Assembly: GCA_051652765.1 (NCBI GenBank)
Contig: JBOFUV010000131.1
Coordinates: 42,984 to 106,983, forward strand
Source: Microcoleaceae cyanobacterium
Lineage (GTDB): Bacteria > Cyanobacteriota > Cyanobacteriia > Cyanobacteriales > Microcoleaceae
Reading direction: 5' to 3'
Length of the DNA: 64,000 nt
The notes below the pieces were generated by a model. That model made no database searches. It was not told where the DNA came from and saw only the letters and a program-made list of their open reading frames with translations. The translations under genes were made by a program, and so were the position numbers. Shown here in pieces: positions 44,182 through 52,515 of the stretch (the first letter of the stretch is position 1; each line of letters begins with the position of its first letter).

Positions 44182-44856
44182 ATGATTCTTTGTATTGCGG
44201 ATGTTTTGACCCCAGATGAGCTGCAGCAGATTAATGCTGTCCTCAAAACAGCTAGCTTTGTAGACGGTAAAGCAACGGCTGGGTGGCACGCTCGCTTGGT
44301 CAAGCACAATACTCAGTGGGCTAAAGATGCGGCGATCGCTCCAAAAATCAACAGCCTGATCCATGGAGCCCTAGCCCGGAACGCTCTGTTTCAGATGGCG
44401 GTTCGTCCTAAGTCAGTGAGTCAGCCCTTATTCAGTCGGTATGAATCGGGGATGTTTTACGGCACCCATGTGGACAATGCGGTCATGACAGACAATCAAG
44501 TGTTGATGCGCTCTGATGTTTCACTCACGTTGTTCTTGAGTGATCCGACCACTTATCAGGGGGGAGAGTTGGTCATTGAAACAACCCAGGGGGAAGAGGT
44601 CTTCAAGCTAGAGGCTGGAGCAATCGTCACTTATCCTTCCTCAACGTTGCACCGAGTTGAACCGATTACCCAGGGGATACGCTTAGTGGTTGTTGCTTGG
44701 GTTCAGAGCCTAGTGCGAGACCCAAATCAACGAGAAATTTTGTTTGATCTAGACACTGCCCGCCAGACTTTGTTTCAGCAGTATGGCAAGACTCCAGAAT
44801 TTGATCTGATTGCTAAAAGTCATGCCAACCTCTTGCGTCGGTGGATTGAGCTTTAG
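44182..44856 (+). CDS. piuC: PKHD-type Fe(II)/2OG dioxygenase (PiuC/YbiX family)
   Basis: FVDGKATAG, YGTHVDN, RSDVSLTLFLSDP..YQGGEL, LHRVEP, NLLRRW. Confidence 0.88.
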   Translation: MILCIADVLTPDELQQINAVLKTASFVDGKATAGWHARLVKHNTQWAKDAAIAPKINSLIHGALARNALFQMAVRPKSVSQPLFSRYESGMFYGTHVDNAVMTDNQVLMRSDVSLTLFLSDPTTYQGGELVIETTQGEEVFKLEAGAIVTYPSSTLHRVEPITQGIRLVVVAWVQSLVRDPNQREILFDLDTARQTLFQQYGKTPEFDLIAKSHANLLRRWIEL

Positions 44857-44883
44857 ATAACTAAACATATTTTTAAGTAGTTA

Positions 44884-44913
44884 ATTGACAAATATTTTCA
44901 TTAGATTTAGAAT
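44884..44913 (+). promoter_or_regulatory. Fur-like box overlapping a sigma70-type promoter
   Basis: ATTGACAAATATTTTCATT (44884-44902); TTGACA 44885-44890 and TAGAAT 44908-44913 with 17-bp spacing. Confidence 0.65.
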
Positions 44914-44959
44914 TTCAATTTGAACAGTTGCACATTAAGCCGAAGGTGAGGAGTAACAG

Positions 44960-45730
44960 ATGAGCCACAGTAAAGCGAAGGTTTGGATTGGGATAGGTGC
45001 CTATATTCTTTCAGGCGCTAGTGTGATTACGGCTACTGCTGAGATCTCTTCCGCAGAAGCACAGATGGATCAGACTGACTCTGCGTTGAATAGCCCTGCG
45101 GTTCCCTCGTCCAGTAGCACACAGTTTGTCCAGATGCTAGCTCAAGGTGGAGAGGGCGGTGAGGGTGGTACTCCTGCATTTCAGGACAAGTTGAGCGGGA
45201 GTCAATTGGTGGATGCCCTGCGTCAGGGTGGCTACGTTATCTATTTCCGACATGCCCAGACTGAGAAAGACTACGCTGATCAGATTGATGCCAAAATGGG
45301 AGACTGCTCAACCCAACGGATGTTGAGCGAAATGGGTTGGCAGCAAGCGAAGAATATTGGCCAAGCGTTTCAGGCATTAAAGATTCCTGTTGGTCAGGTT
45401 TACTCCAGTGAATATTGTCGGGCTTGGCAGACGGCAGACTTGGCTTTTGGTCGCCATCAAAAAGATCCGAGACTAAACTTTGAACGCGCTGAAGAATACA
45501 CCGAAGCTCAGGTTGCGAAGATGCGAAGTGCCCTTACTCCCATGTTGGTAGCGGCTCCAGCCAGTGGCATGAATACTGTAATCGTGGGTCATGACGATGT
45601 ATTTGAATCCGCGACGGGTATCTATCCTGAGCCTCAAGGGGTAGCCTATATTGTCAAGCCAGATGGCAAAGGCGGCTTTGAACTCATTGCCAACTTACTT
45701 TCTGACGAGTGGGGAAAACTCTCTCGTTAA
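44960..45730 (+). CDS. Exported histidine phosphatase family protein
   Basis: Signal-like N-terminus, GGEGGEGG, FRHAQT, SSEYCRAWQTA, VGH. Confidence 0.85.
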   Translation: MSHSKAKVWIGIGAYILSGASVITATAEISSAEAQMDQTDSALNSPAVPSSSSTQFVQMLAQGGEGGEGGTPAFQDKLSGSQLVDALRQGGYVIYFRHAQTEKDYADQIDAKMGDCSTQRMLSEMGWQQAKNIGQAFQALKIPVGQVYSSEYCRAWQTADLAFGRHQKDPRLNFERAEEYTEAQVAKMRSALTPMLVAAPASGMNTVIVGHDDVFESATGIYPEPQGVAYIVKPDGKGGFELIANLLSDEWGKLSR

Positions 45731-45757
45731 ATCCAGTTCGAGGACTCATCTTGTACC

Positions 45758-46609
45758 ATGCCTAGATTGCCCGATGCACTTTGGTTAAATGTCAGTCCTA
45801 GCTTTCAAGCCTTTGATCGACCTCTTTTGCATGATTTATCTCAATCTGTCTCAGTTGCTCAGTGGGAATATTCTCAGACTATAGATGAACCTGCGTCCCT
45901 TGAAGTTGCTTTAGATCTACTGCATGACTATCTTGAGAAATGTTGTCTAGAATCTACTCCAGAAAACTTCAAGGTTCATCTTTTGGGTCATAGCACTGGC
46001 GGACTTCTGGGTTTACTTTATGCCCGCCGCTATCCAGAGCATGTCAGATCCTTAACTCTACTTGCAGTTGGGGTTCACCCCGCAGTGAACTGGCAGGCTC
46101 ATTACTACGCCCTGCTTCAGTTTTTGCTGGGCGATCGCCAGATGTTGCTGAATCAGATGGTTCATAGCTTATTTGGTCATCCGGCCAAGCCAGTTGTTCC
46201 CAATTTAGTGGAAGCCCTAGAACAGGATTTAGGGCAAGCTCTATCTCCCCATTCTCTGTTTGATCGCGGCAGCATTCCGTCAGGTGGGGTTAATGTGCCC
46301 CTGTGCGTTTGTGGGAGTCGAGATGATGTGATCGTTGAGCCTAAGGAACTGGAGGGATGGAAACAGTTTTTAAAGTTAGGAGATCGGATTTGGCAGTGTC
46401 CCGGCGGAAGACACTTCTTCCACTATTTTTATCCTGAGCTAGTTAGTGAGCAATTGTTAGACTTTTGGAGTTTTTTGGAAGGGGCGAGTTCTCAACCTTG
46501 CAACGGCAAGAGTAGCTTAACCCGAAATTTGCTGAATCAATCTTTTCTCAATCAGCTTTTTAGGCGTGATTTTATGGAATTTACGGGTGAAACGGCAAGA
46601 TTCTGTTGA
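45758..46609 (+). CDS. IsiC-like alpha/beta hydrolase
   Basis: WLNVSPS, GHSTGG, WQAHYY, GRHFFHYF; paralog of 57821-58579. Confidence 0.8.
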   Translation: MPRLPDALWLNVSPSFQAFDRPLLHDLSQSVSVAQWEYSQTIDEPASLEVALDLLHDYLEKCCLESTPENFKVHLLGHSTGGLLGLLYARRYPEHVRSLTLLAVGVHPAVNWQAHYYALLQFLLGDRQMLLNQMVHSLFGHPAKPVVPNLVEALEQDLGQALSPHSLFDRGSIPSGGVNVPLCVCGSRDDVIVEPKELEGWKQFLKLGDRIWQCPGGRHFFHYFYPELVSEQLLDFWSFLEGASSQPCNGKSSLTRNLLNQSFLNQLFRRDFMEFTGETARFC

Positions 46610-47207
46610 ACATAACTTTGCTGAGCATAACTTTGTTGAACATAACTTTACTGAACATAGCTCTGTTGAACATAACTCTGTTGAAGCTGAAGTTGATTAC
46701 AACCCAGCGGAACCTCAAGTGGATGAAGGCTCTGTTGTAATGCAATCAGTTGTAGTTCAATCAGTTACCACCGATCAAGAACGAGCGGCCCTGTACGAGC
46801 AACGCTGGTTCGTCCTGAGAAAGCCCCTAGCCTTGGAACGGGGGACAGAACAAGATCAGTATGACCCTGAGCCGCAAACCTGTCACTTTGCGGCATCATG
46901 CAGCTCGCAAATGGTTGGGTCTGCTCGCTTTCGGCAACTGTCTCCAACGTTAGGTAGTATTGCTTATGTAGCTGTTTTGCCAGAGTTCCAACGTCGAGGC
47001 ATTGGAACGGCCTTGGTAAAGTATGCGATTAAAATTGCTCGCCAGAGAGACTGTCAACAGGTGCGACTGATGAGTCGGAGCGATGCTATGGATTTCTACA
47101 AAAAGCTAGGATTCTGCGAAATCGGAGCACCCATTGACGTTCTCGGGATTCCCCACCAATTCATGTCCCTTAACTTGCTTTTTGCTCAGGATAAGGAGTT
47201 GAGTTAA
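46566..47207 (+). CDS. GNAT family N-acetyltransferase (ElaA/YjcF-like)
   Basis: RWFVLRKPL, VAVLPEFQRRGIG, FYKKLGF, IPHQFM; start uncertain (46566 or ~46740). Confidence 0.85.
   Translation: MILWNLRVKRQDSVEHNFAEHNFVEHNFTEHSSVEHNSVEAEVDYNPAEPQVDEGSVVMQSVVVQSVTTDQERAALYEQRWFVLRKPLALERGTEQDQYDPEPQTCHFAASCSSQMVGSARFRQLSPTLGSIAYVAVLPEFQRRGIGTALVKYAIKIARQRDCQQVRLMSRSDAMDFYKKLGFCEIGAPIDVLGIPHQFMSLNLLFAQDKELS
46605..46685 (+). repeat. About five degenerate 15-bp tandem repeats (gttgaacataacttt) encoding VEHNF-like units
   Basis: Direct reading. Confidence 0.75.
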
Positions 47208-48174
47208 GTCCTGAATCTAACACCTTTAGCCTTAAATCCTTGATCGCATACTTCACAAATTCCGAAGCTTTTGTAGCATTACAAGACCCAATTAACGTGA
47301 GAGTTTTATGTTCATCTTTTACCAGTTGAGCTTTGCAAGAGTACACAACACTACTACAACGACTAAAAGCTAATTCAACCTGAATGACGGCTTTGTCTGC
47401 ATCAGAACCAATGAATTGACAAGCAACCTTGTAACCCAGCCATTTCCACCCGTAAAACAGCAGGAGTTCTCGCTCTAAAACTTGAATCTCAATCGGCAAG
47501 ATTCCCCAACCCCGATAAACTCGATTGAGGCAATTTGTGCTTCCAGTTTGGGTCAATATACACCGGAAGGAGCTGTCCTCTAGCAAACCATAATATCTGC
47601 CGTCCGGAAAATCAATCATCGTTGGAGCAAACCGATGTCCACCGAAGTGACTACTTCTCCAAATCCGAACATTTTGAATTCCTAGCTCTGCAACTGTTAG
47701 GGTGGCTTGTTTATAGAATGGAATCCCATATTTGGCACAACATTTATCATGGCTACCGTGGGTGCAAACGAGAATGTCTCTAGCCTGACTAGACTGAATT
47801 AATTGCTCTGGTAATTCACCTGCAATGTATTGTCTTGTAGCTTCTGTTGCTTGTTCTAGACTGCTAACTTCGATTTCCCAACCATCATATCCGGTGGAGA
47901 ATTCTTCTTGGATTTGTTCGTATATGATTAACTTTAGTTGACTTAAGTTCTGACGTTGATCTTGAGTAATTAATAGAAATCGAATGGGTAGTTTAGCCTG
48001 CTTCACCTCTTCGACTAAACACTTTAAACGATTAGGAATATGAGAAGACTCAAAGGCATCAGTAGCCCAAGGCATCGGATATTCAATCAAGATATAAGTC
48101 GAGTAGTTTGTTCCGCTCCCAATAATATCTTCATCAGCTTGTCGGCAAGCTTCAGCACAAAAGAACTTATTCAT
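47170..48174 (-). CDS. Sucrase/ferredoxin-like protein
   Basis: VCTHGSHDKCCAKYG, SSHFGGHRFAPT, DGRYYG, YRGWG. Confidence 0.9.
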   Translation of the reverse strand: MNKFFCAEACRQADEDIIGSGTNYSTYILIEYPMPWATDAFESSHIPNRLKCLVEEVKQAKLPIRFLLITQDQRQNLSQLKLIIYEQIQEEFSTGYDGWEIEVSSLEQATEATRQYIAGELPEQLIQSSQARDILVCTHGSHDKCCAKYGIPFYKQATLTVAELGIQNVRIWRSSHFGGHRFAPTMIDFPDGRYYGLLEDSSFRCILTQTGSTNCLNRVYRGWGILPIEIQVLERELLLFYGWKWLGYKVACQFIGSDADKAVIQVELAFSRCSSVVYSCKAQLVKDEHKTLTLIGSCNATKASEFVKYAIKDLRLKVLDSGLNSTPYPEQKAS

Positions 48175-48228
48175 GTTTACAAGTCATTTCTCTACAGGTT
48201 ACTAATTGTTGTTGCTAACATGTTGTTG

Positions 48229-49377
48229 CTAACAGTTAGGGTCTACTAAAACAATGCCTTCAAGGACTAACTGAGAGAGCAATGGCATCAAATCCAGCTC
48301 CCAATCAAATCCGGAAAACCAATCTGTAACATCCCTGCCCGTAAACTGTTCCTGGCTGAATAGTTGTTCAACCCTAGTTTTGGACACCCCTCTTAATGAA
48401 ACTTCTTTGCCGTTGGCAAACACCTGACATTCATCGTCATCAGATTCTTGTAAGATCTGAACCTTTTGAAAGGGGACAGTCTTAAATTGAGTGTCGATGC
48501 CGTGAGGAAATACGTTGAACCCGGCTTGATAGGGGAGAGCATATTGAGTCGTTGGCTGCCCCAAACTGTTTAGGTAGCGACTATACGCCTCACCAACGTT
48601 TTGATCCGTCAGATAGTCAGTCAACGCTTGAACGAGATCCTCAATTGCGGGCAACGTTCTGGGTTGTAACGGTAAACTCCTTCGCCACTGCTCCTGGTTG
48701 CTGAATTCCCCCGCTAGCCATTCCAAAAAGTGAATCCCAGTTTTTGGATGAACTCCCAAAGTCAGATGAATGGAAGGTTCCTCCACGGTCGCTGCATAGT
48801 GCCAATGACCCCGAGGAATATACAACACATCTCCTGGACAAAGAACACAGCTCAAATCGGGATCACCCTCAGGTGGAGTCGCATCGGTAAACCGTTGACT
48901 GGGGAGTGGAGATTGGAACGTTTCGGGGTAGACAGACCACTGCTTAGATCCTGCCACCTGTAATGCAAAAACTTCGTGGGTGTCGTAATGAAGCTTGAAT
49001 CCTGGGTGGCTTGACCAAGAACAGTAGGCATTAACCTGAGTAGGAGACCCTAATTCAAACTGTATCCTTGCAGCAAAATTAGCAATCTCTGGAACATGCT
49101 TGTGAACCTGGCTAAAAATGAGTGTGGCTCCCTGACGACACCAATGCAGCAATTTAGCATTTTCGGATTCATCCAGAACTTTGCCATCAATCGCGAGCCG
49201 TAAGTCAGGATACTTAATTTGGTGAAAGTTGAGCAGATCGTTCAGATGCTCCCAAGAAAACAAGTTTGTGAAGCTTCTTTGACCTTTACTGGATAGAGCG
49301 ATCGCCCGCTTTGTCCAATTGTTTTGAAGAAACTCCTCTACGCTGGAGGGTTGCAAAAGAATAGCAAGGGCTTCCAT
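48229..49377 (-). CDS. JmjC/Cupin_4 (YcfD/ROXA-like) 2OG-Fe(II) oxygenase
   Basis: NAYCS..GFKLHYDTHEVFALQVAGSKQW (HxD), PGDVLYIPRGHWH (distal His), SIHLTLG. Confidence 0.9.
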   Translation of the reverse strand: MEALAILLQPSSVEEFLQNNWTKRAIALSSKGQRSFTNLFSWEHLNDLLNFHQIKYPDLRLAIDGKVLDESENAKLLHWCRQGATLIFSQVHKHVPEIANFAARIQFELGSPTQVNAYCSWSSHPGFKLHYDTHEVFALQVAGSKQWSVYPETFQSPLPSQRFTDATPPEGDPDLSCVLCPGDVLYIPRGHWHYAATVEEPSIHLTLGVHPKTGIHFLEWLAGEFSNQEQWRRSLPLQPRTLPAIEDLVQALTDYLTDQNVGEAYSRYLNSLGQPTTQYALPYQAGFNVFPHGIDTQFKTVPFQKVQILQESDDDECQVFANGKEVSLRGVSKTRVEQLFSQEQFTGRDVTDWFSGFDWELDLMPLLSQLVLEGIVLVDPNC

Positions 49378-49546
49378 AGTCTAGACGTTCTGGCGAAATG
49401 ATTCTAATGCTCAAAGCTTCTGACATTCAAAGCTTTTGACACTCAACGACTCAGTTGATCCCACTTCTAGTCAAAGTTCTCACCTGACAACCCTTGTTGT
49501 TACAACTGTCGTTACAACACCCATCCCCAGACTATAAACTCACCTG

Positions 49547-49584
49547 CATTGGGGGAATTGATCACAAGATCACTCCCCTCAATG
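49547..49584 (-). other. Stem-loop between the small ORF and the JmjC gene
   Basis: cattgggggaattgatc-acaa-gatcactcccctcaatg inverted repeat. Confidence 0.6.
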
Positions 49585-49785
49585 GTTCAGACTCTGTGCC
49601 TAAGACCTGTTAGCAAAAAATACTAAACTAATTCAACAATCAAGACGATTGGCTGATCTAAATCAACTTTGCAAGCTGGGTTGACACTAGGAACCCAACA
49701 GACTTTTGAACGTGTTAGCTAACGATTAGGTCTTACACCCTTGACACCAGCTTACACAAACCTAATTCAGTTGGATAAACCTGTC

Positions 49786-49932
49786 CTAGTCTCCCCCATC
49801 TGAATCAACATTCAGGGGAGCTGCTGTATTCTGAGTCGTTCCGGTTGGAACAACATTCTTGATCTCAATCTGAATCTTGCTAGGACGAGATGGATTCAGG
49901 ACTGAATCACTAGCACTGGATATTGTTGACAT
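49786..49932 (-). CDS. 48-aa peptide absent from the ORF track; candidate RiPP precursor MSTISSASDSVLNPSRPSKIQIEIKNVVPTGTTQNTAAPLNVDSDGGD
   Basis: Manually translated; AGGAG RBS 7 nt before ATG; TAG at 49788-49786; upstream of and co-oriented with the JmjC gene. Confidence 0.7.
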   Translation of the reverse strand: MSTISSASDSVLNPSRPSKIQIEIKNVVPTGTTQNTAAPLNVDSDGGD

Positions 49933-50028
49933 AGTTTGTCTCCTAAGTAGAATGCACCGATCGGGCTCTAAGCAACTCCTAGAAATCTAGGAATTAGACT
50001 TAGATGCGCTTACAAGTATATCTAACAG

Positions 50029-50064
50029 ATTGTAGATATGCAACTGTTGCAAGTCTATCTCAAC
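50029..50064 (-). promoter_or_regulatory. Fur-like box over the putative promoter of the small peptide gene
   Basis: Minus strand GTTGAGATAGACTTGCAAC (50064-50046); TAGACT (50057-50052) then 17 bp then TACAAT (50034-50029). Confidence 0.5.
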
Positions 50065-50192
50065 TAGAAGTGAGTAAAATCGTCATACACGTTGACCTGA
50101 TGCCAACTCTAGCCAGAGGCTTACCCGAACGCTTCTCATCTTTTTAACCTTAGAGTAGATGACACCCTCAACTGAATGTACCTTTAATATCT

Positions 50193-50211
50193 ATTAAGAA
50201 CTACTATCAAT
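50193..50211. promoter_or_regulatory. Fur-like box
   Basis: Minus strand ATTGATAGTAGTTCTTAAT, next to a minus-strand TTGACA at 50222-50217. Confidence 0.5.
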
Positions 50212-50377
50212 AAATTTGTCAAGATTTTAGAGGAGATTGGGCCTACACATTCAAGACATTCAGCCAGAATTTTACTTTGGATGAAGAATTTTAGGTTTTC
50301 TGACTGGGATACAACCCACTATCAACTTGCTTTTTATGTAAAGAAATCGCAACAAACTTGACAACACCATGAATTTT

Positions 50378-50396
50378 ATTGCATATAGTTTTCAAT
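50378..50396 (+). promoter_or_regulatory. Fur-like box upstream of the isiA cluster
   Basis: ATTGCATATAGTTTTCAAT, 19-bp imperfect palindrome, downstream of TTGACA at 50358-50363. Confidence 0.65.
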
Positions 50397-50449
50397 AAGC
50401 AAAGTCTTATGCCAAGATTTTTAGTCAGTAGTTAGCAGAGGGAGGTCGT

Positions 50450-51517
50450 ATGACCAGTATGGTGACTGATGCTTTTCCAGCCGAGGGGAGTGCTTATCCC
50501 TGGTGGGCTGGGAACGGGCGATTAGCGAGTTTATCGGGGCGCTTACTCGGTGCTCACGTTGCCCATGCAGGTCTGATTGTGTTCTGGGCAGGGGCTTATA
50601 CTCTGTTTGAACTCGGGCAGTTCAATCCTGATTTGCCGATGTATGAACAAGGGTTAATTCTGTTGCCTCACCTAGCAGCCCAAGGTTGGGGCGTTGGTGC
50701 GGGAGGAGCCGTGACCAACACTCACCCCTATTTTGTGATTGGAGTGTTGCATCTGATCAGTTCGGCCTTTCTGGGGTTTGGTGGAATTTTCCATGCCATT
50801 AAGGGGCCAGAGGTTCTGGAAAACCAATTTTCCTTCTTTGGCTATTCCTGGGAAGATGGCAAAAAAATGACCACTATCATTGGCATCCACTTGCTATTGC
50901 TGGGCAGTGGTGCATTTTTGTTAGTGGCCAAAGCAATGTTTTTCAATGGCCTTTACGATACCACAATCAGTGATCTGCGGGTGGTGACGAATCCAACCTT
51001 GAATCCGGCCAAAATTTTTGGCTATTTGTTTGGTGCAGAGGGCAAGTATTGGCTAGCTGCCGTGGACAATCTGGAAGATTTGGTTGGGGGTCACACCTAC
51101 ATCGGTTTAATGCTGATCGGTGGTGGCATTTGGCACATTCTGACAGAGCCGTTTGGTTGGACGAAGCGACTGTTCATTTGGTCGGGAGAAGCCTATCTGT
51201 CCTATAGCATTGGGGCTGTGGCTTTGATGTCGTTCATTGCTGCGTTGTTTGTGTCAGTCAATACCATTGCTTACCCCCCTGAATTCTATGGGCCAACTCT
51301 GAACGTTGGACTGGAGCAGTTTCCCTATTTCCGGGGGGAACAGGGAATTTTAACCCCTCGGGTGTGGTTAGCAAATGCTCAGTTTTGGCTTGGCTTTTTC
51401 TTTCTACAAGGTCATATCTTTCATGCTCTGCGAGCTGCGGGATTTGATTTTCGCACGGGCAAGCGTGTCCAAGACTTGGTGTTGGCAGCCAATGCGCCGA
51501 AGGAGGTGACTTCATGA
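50450..51517 (+). CDS. IsiA/Pcb family chlorophyll-binding protein (paralog 1)
   Basis: [47 protein letters not shown]. Confidence 0.92.
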   Translation: MTSMVTDAFPAEGSAYPWWAGNGRLASLSGRLLGAHVAHAGLIVFWAGAYTLFELGQFNPDLPMYEQGLILLPHLAAQGWGVGAGGAVTNTHPYFVIGVLHLISSAFLGFGGIFHAIKGPEVLENQFSFFGYSWEDGKKMTTIIGIHLLLLGSGAFLLVAKAMFFNGLYDTTISDLRVVTNPTLNPAKIFGYLFGAEGKYWLAAVDNLEDLVGGHTYIGLMLIGGGIWHILTEPFGWTKRLFIWSGEAYLSYSIGAVALMSFIAALFVSVNTIAYPPEFYGPTLNVGLEQFPYFRGEQGILTPRVWLANAQFWLGFFFLQGHIFHALRAAGFDFRTGKRVQDLVLAANAPKEVTS

Positions 51518-52515
51518 CCGTTGCAGTCTCCCAGAAACAAGTCTCCCAGAAACAATATGACTGGTTGGCCGGAAATGCCCGCTTCACCCATCTCTCTGGC
51601 AAGCTCCTCGGGGCCCATGTTGCCCACGCGGGGTTGATTGTTCTTTGGGCTGGAGCAATGACCTTGTTTGAAGTTTCAAAGTTTGATCCGAGTCTTCCAA
51701 TGCCGGAACAAGGGTTAATTTTGTTACCTCACTTAGCCAGTTTGGGAATTGGGGTGGGAGCCGGAGGCCAGATTGTGGATACCTATCCCTATTTTGTGAT
51801 TGGTATGGTGCATTTGATCAGTTCGGCGGTGTTGGGTGCAGGAGGGCTGTACCACACGTTGCTCGGTGCTGACGTTTTACCTCAGGACAACTCCTTCTCT
51901 GGGTTCTTTGGCTATGACTGGACAGATAAGGGCAAGATGACCAGCATCTTGGGAATTCATCTCCTGTTGCTAGGGCTTGGGGCTTGGTTATTGGCGGCGA
52001 AGGCCATGTTTTGGGGTGGGCTCTATGATCCAACCGTTGAACAGGTGCGCGTTGTGACTGACCCCAGCCTGAACCCGGTTCGGATCTTTAGCTACTTGTT
52101 GGGACTACACGGTATAAAAGGCATGGCCGCCGTTAATAACTTGGAAGACTTGGTTGGAGGCCATGTCTGGGTTGGATTCCTGTGTATTCTAGGGGGTCTG
52201 TGGCACATTGGCACCAAACCCTTTGCTTGGGCAGAACGAATTCTGTACTGGTCGGGAGAGGCTTATCTCTGCTACAGTCTGGGCGCTTTGGCCTACATGG
52301 GTTTCCTGGCTGGATATTTTGTCACATTCAACACGGTGGCTTATCCCGAAGCCTTTTACGGGCCAGTCGGTGGCGTGAACGAATTAGGGGCAATCAGCGC
52401 TCGCACGTGGTTAGCCAATAGCCATTTTGTCTTGGCAGGGGTGCTCTTGCTGGGGCACTTCTGGCACGCAATTCGAGTTCGAACCTTTGCTGCAACGGAG
52501 GTAGATTACCGATGA
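51514..52515 (+). CDS. IsiA/Pcb family chlorophyll-binding protein (paralog 2)
   Basis: Same CP43-like motifs; ATGA overlap with upstream gene. Confidence 0.92.
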   Translation: MTVAVSQKQVSQKQYDWLAGNARFTHLSGKLLGAHVAHAGLIVLWAGAMTLFEVSKFDPSLPMPEQGLILLPHLASLGIGVGAGGQIVDTYPYFVIGMVHLISSAVLGAGGLYHTLLGADVLPQDNSFSGFFGYDWTDKGKMTSILGIHLLLLGLGAWLLAAKAMFWGGLYDPTVEQVRVVTDPSLNPVRIFSYLLGLHGIKGMAAVNNLEDLVGGHVWVGFLCILGGLWHIGTKPFAWAERILYWSGEAYLCYSLGALAYMGFLAGYFVTFNTVAYPEAFYGPVGGVNELGAISARTWLANSHFVLAGVLLLGHFWHAIRVRTFAATEVDYR

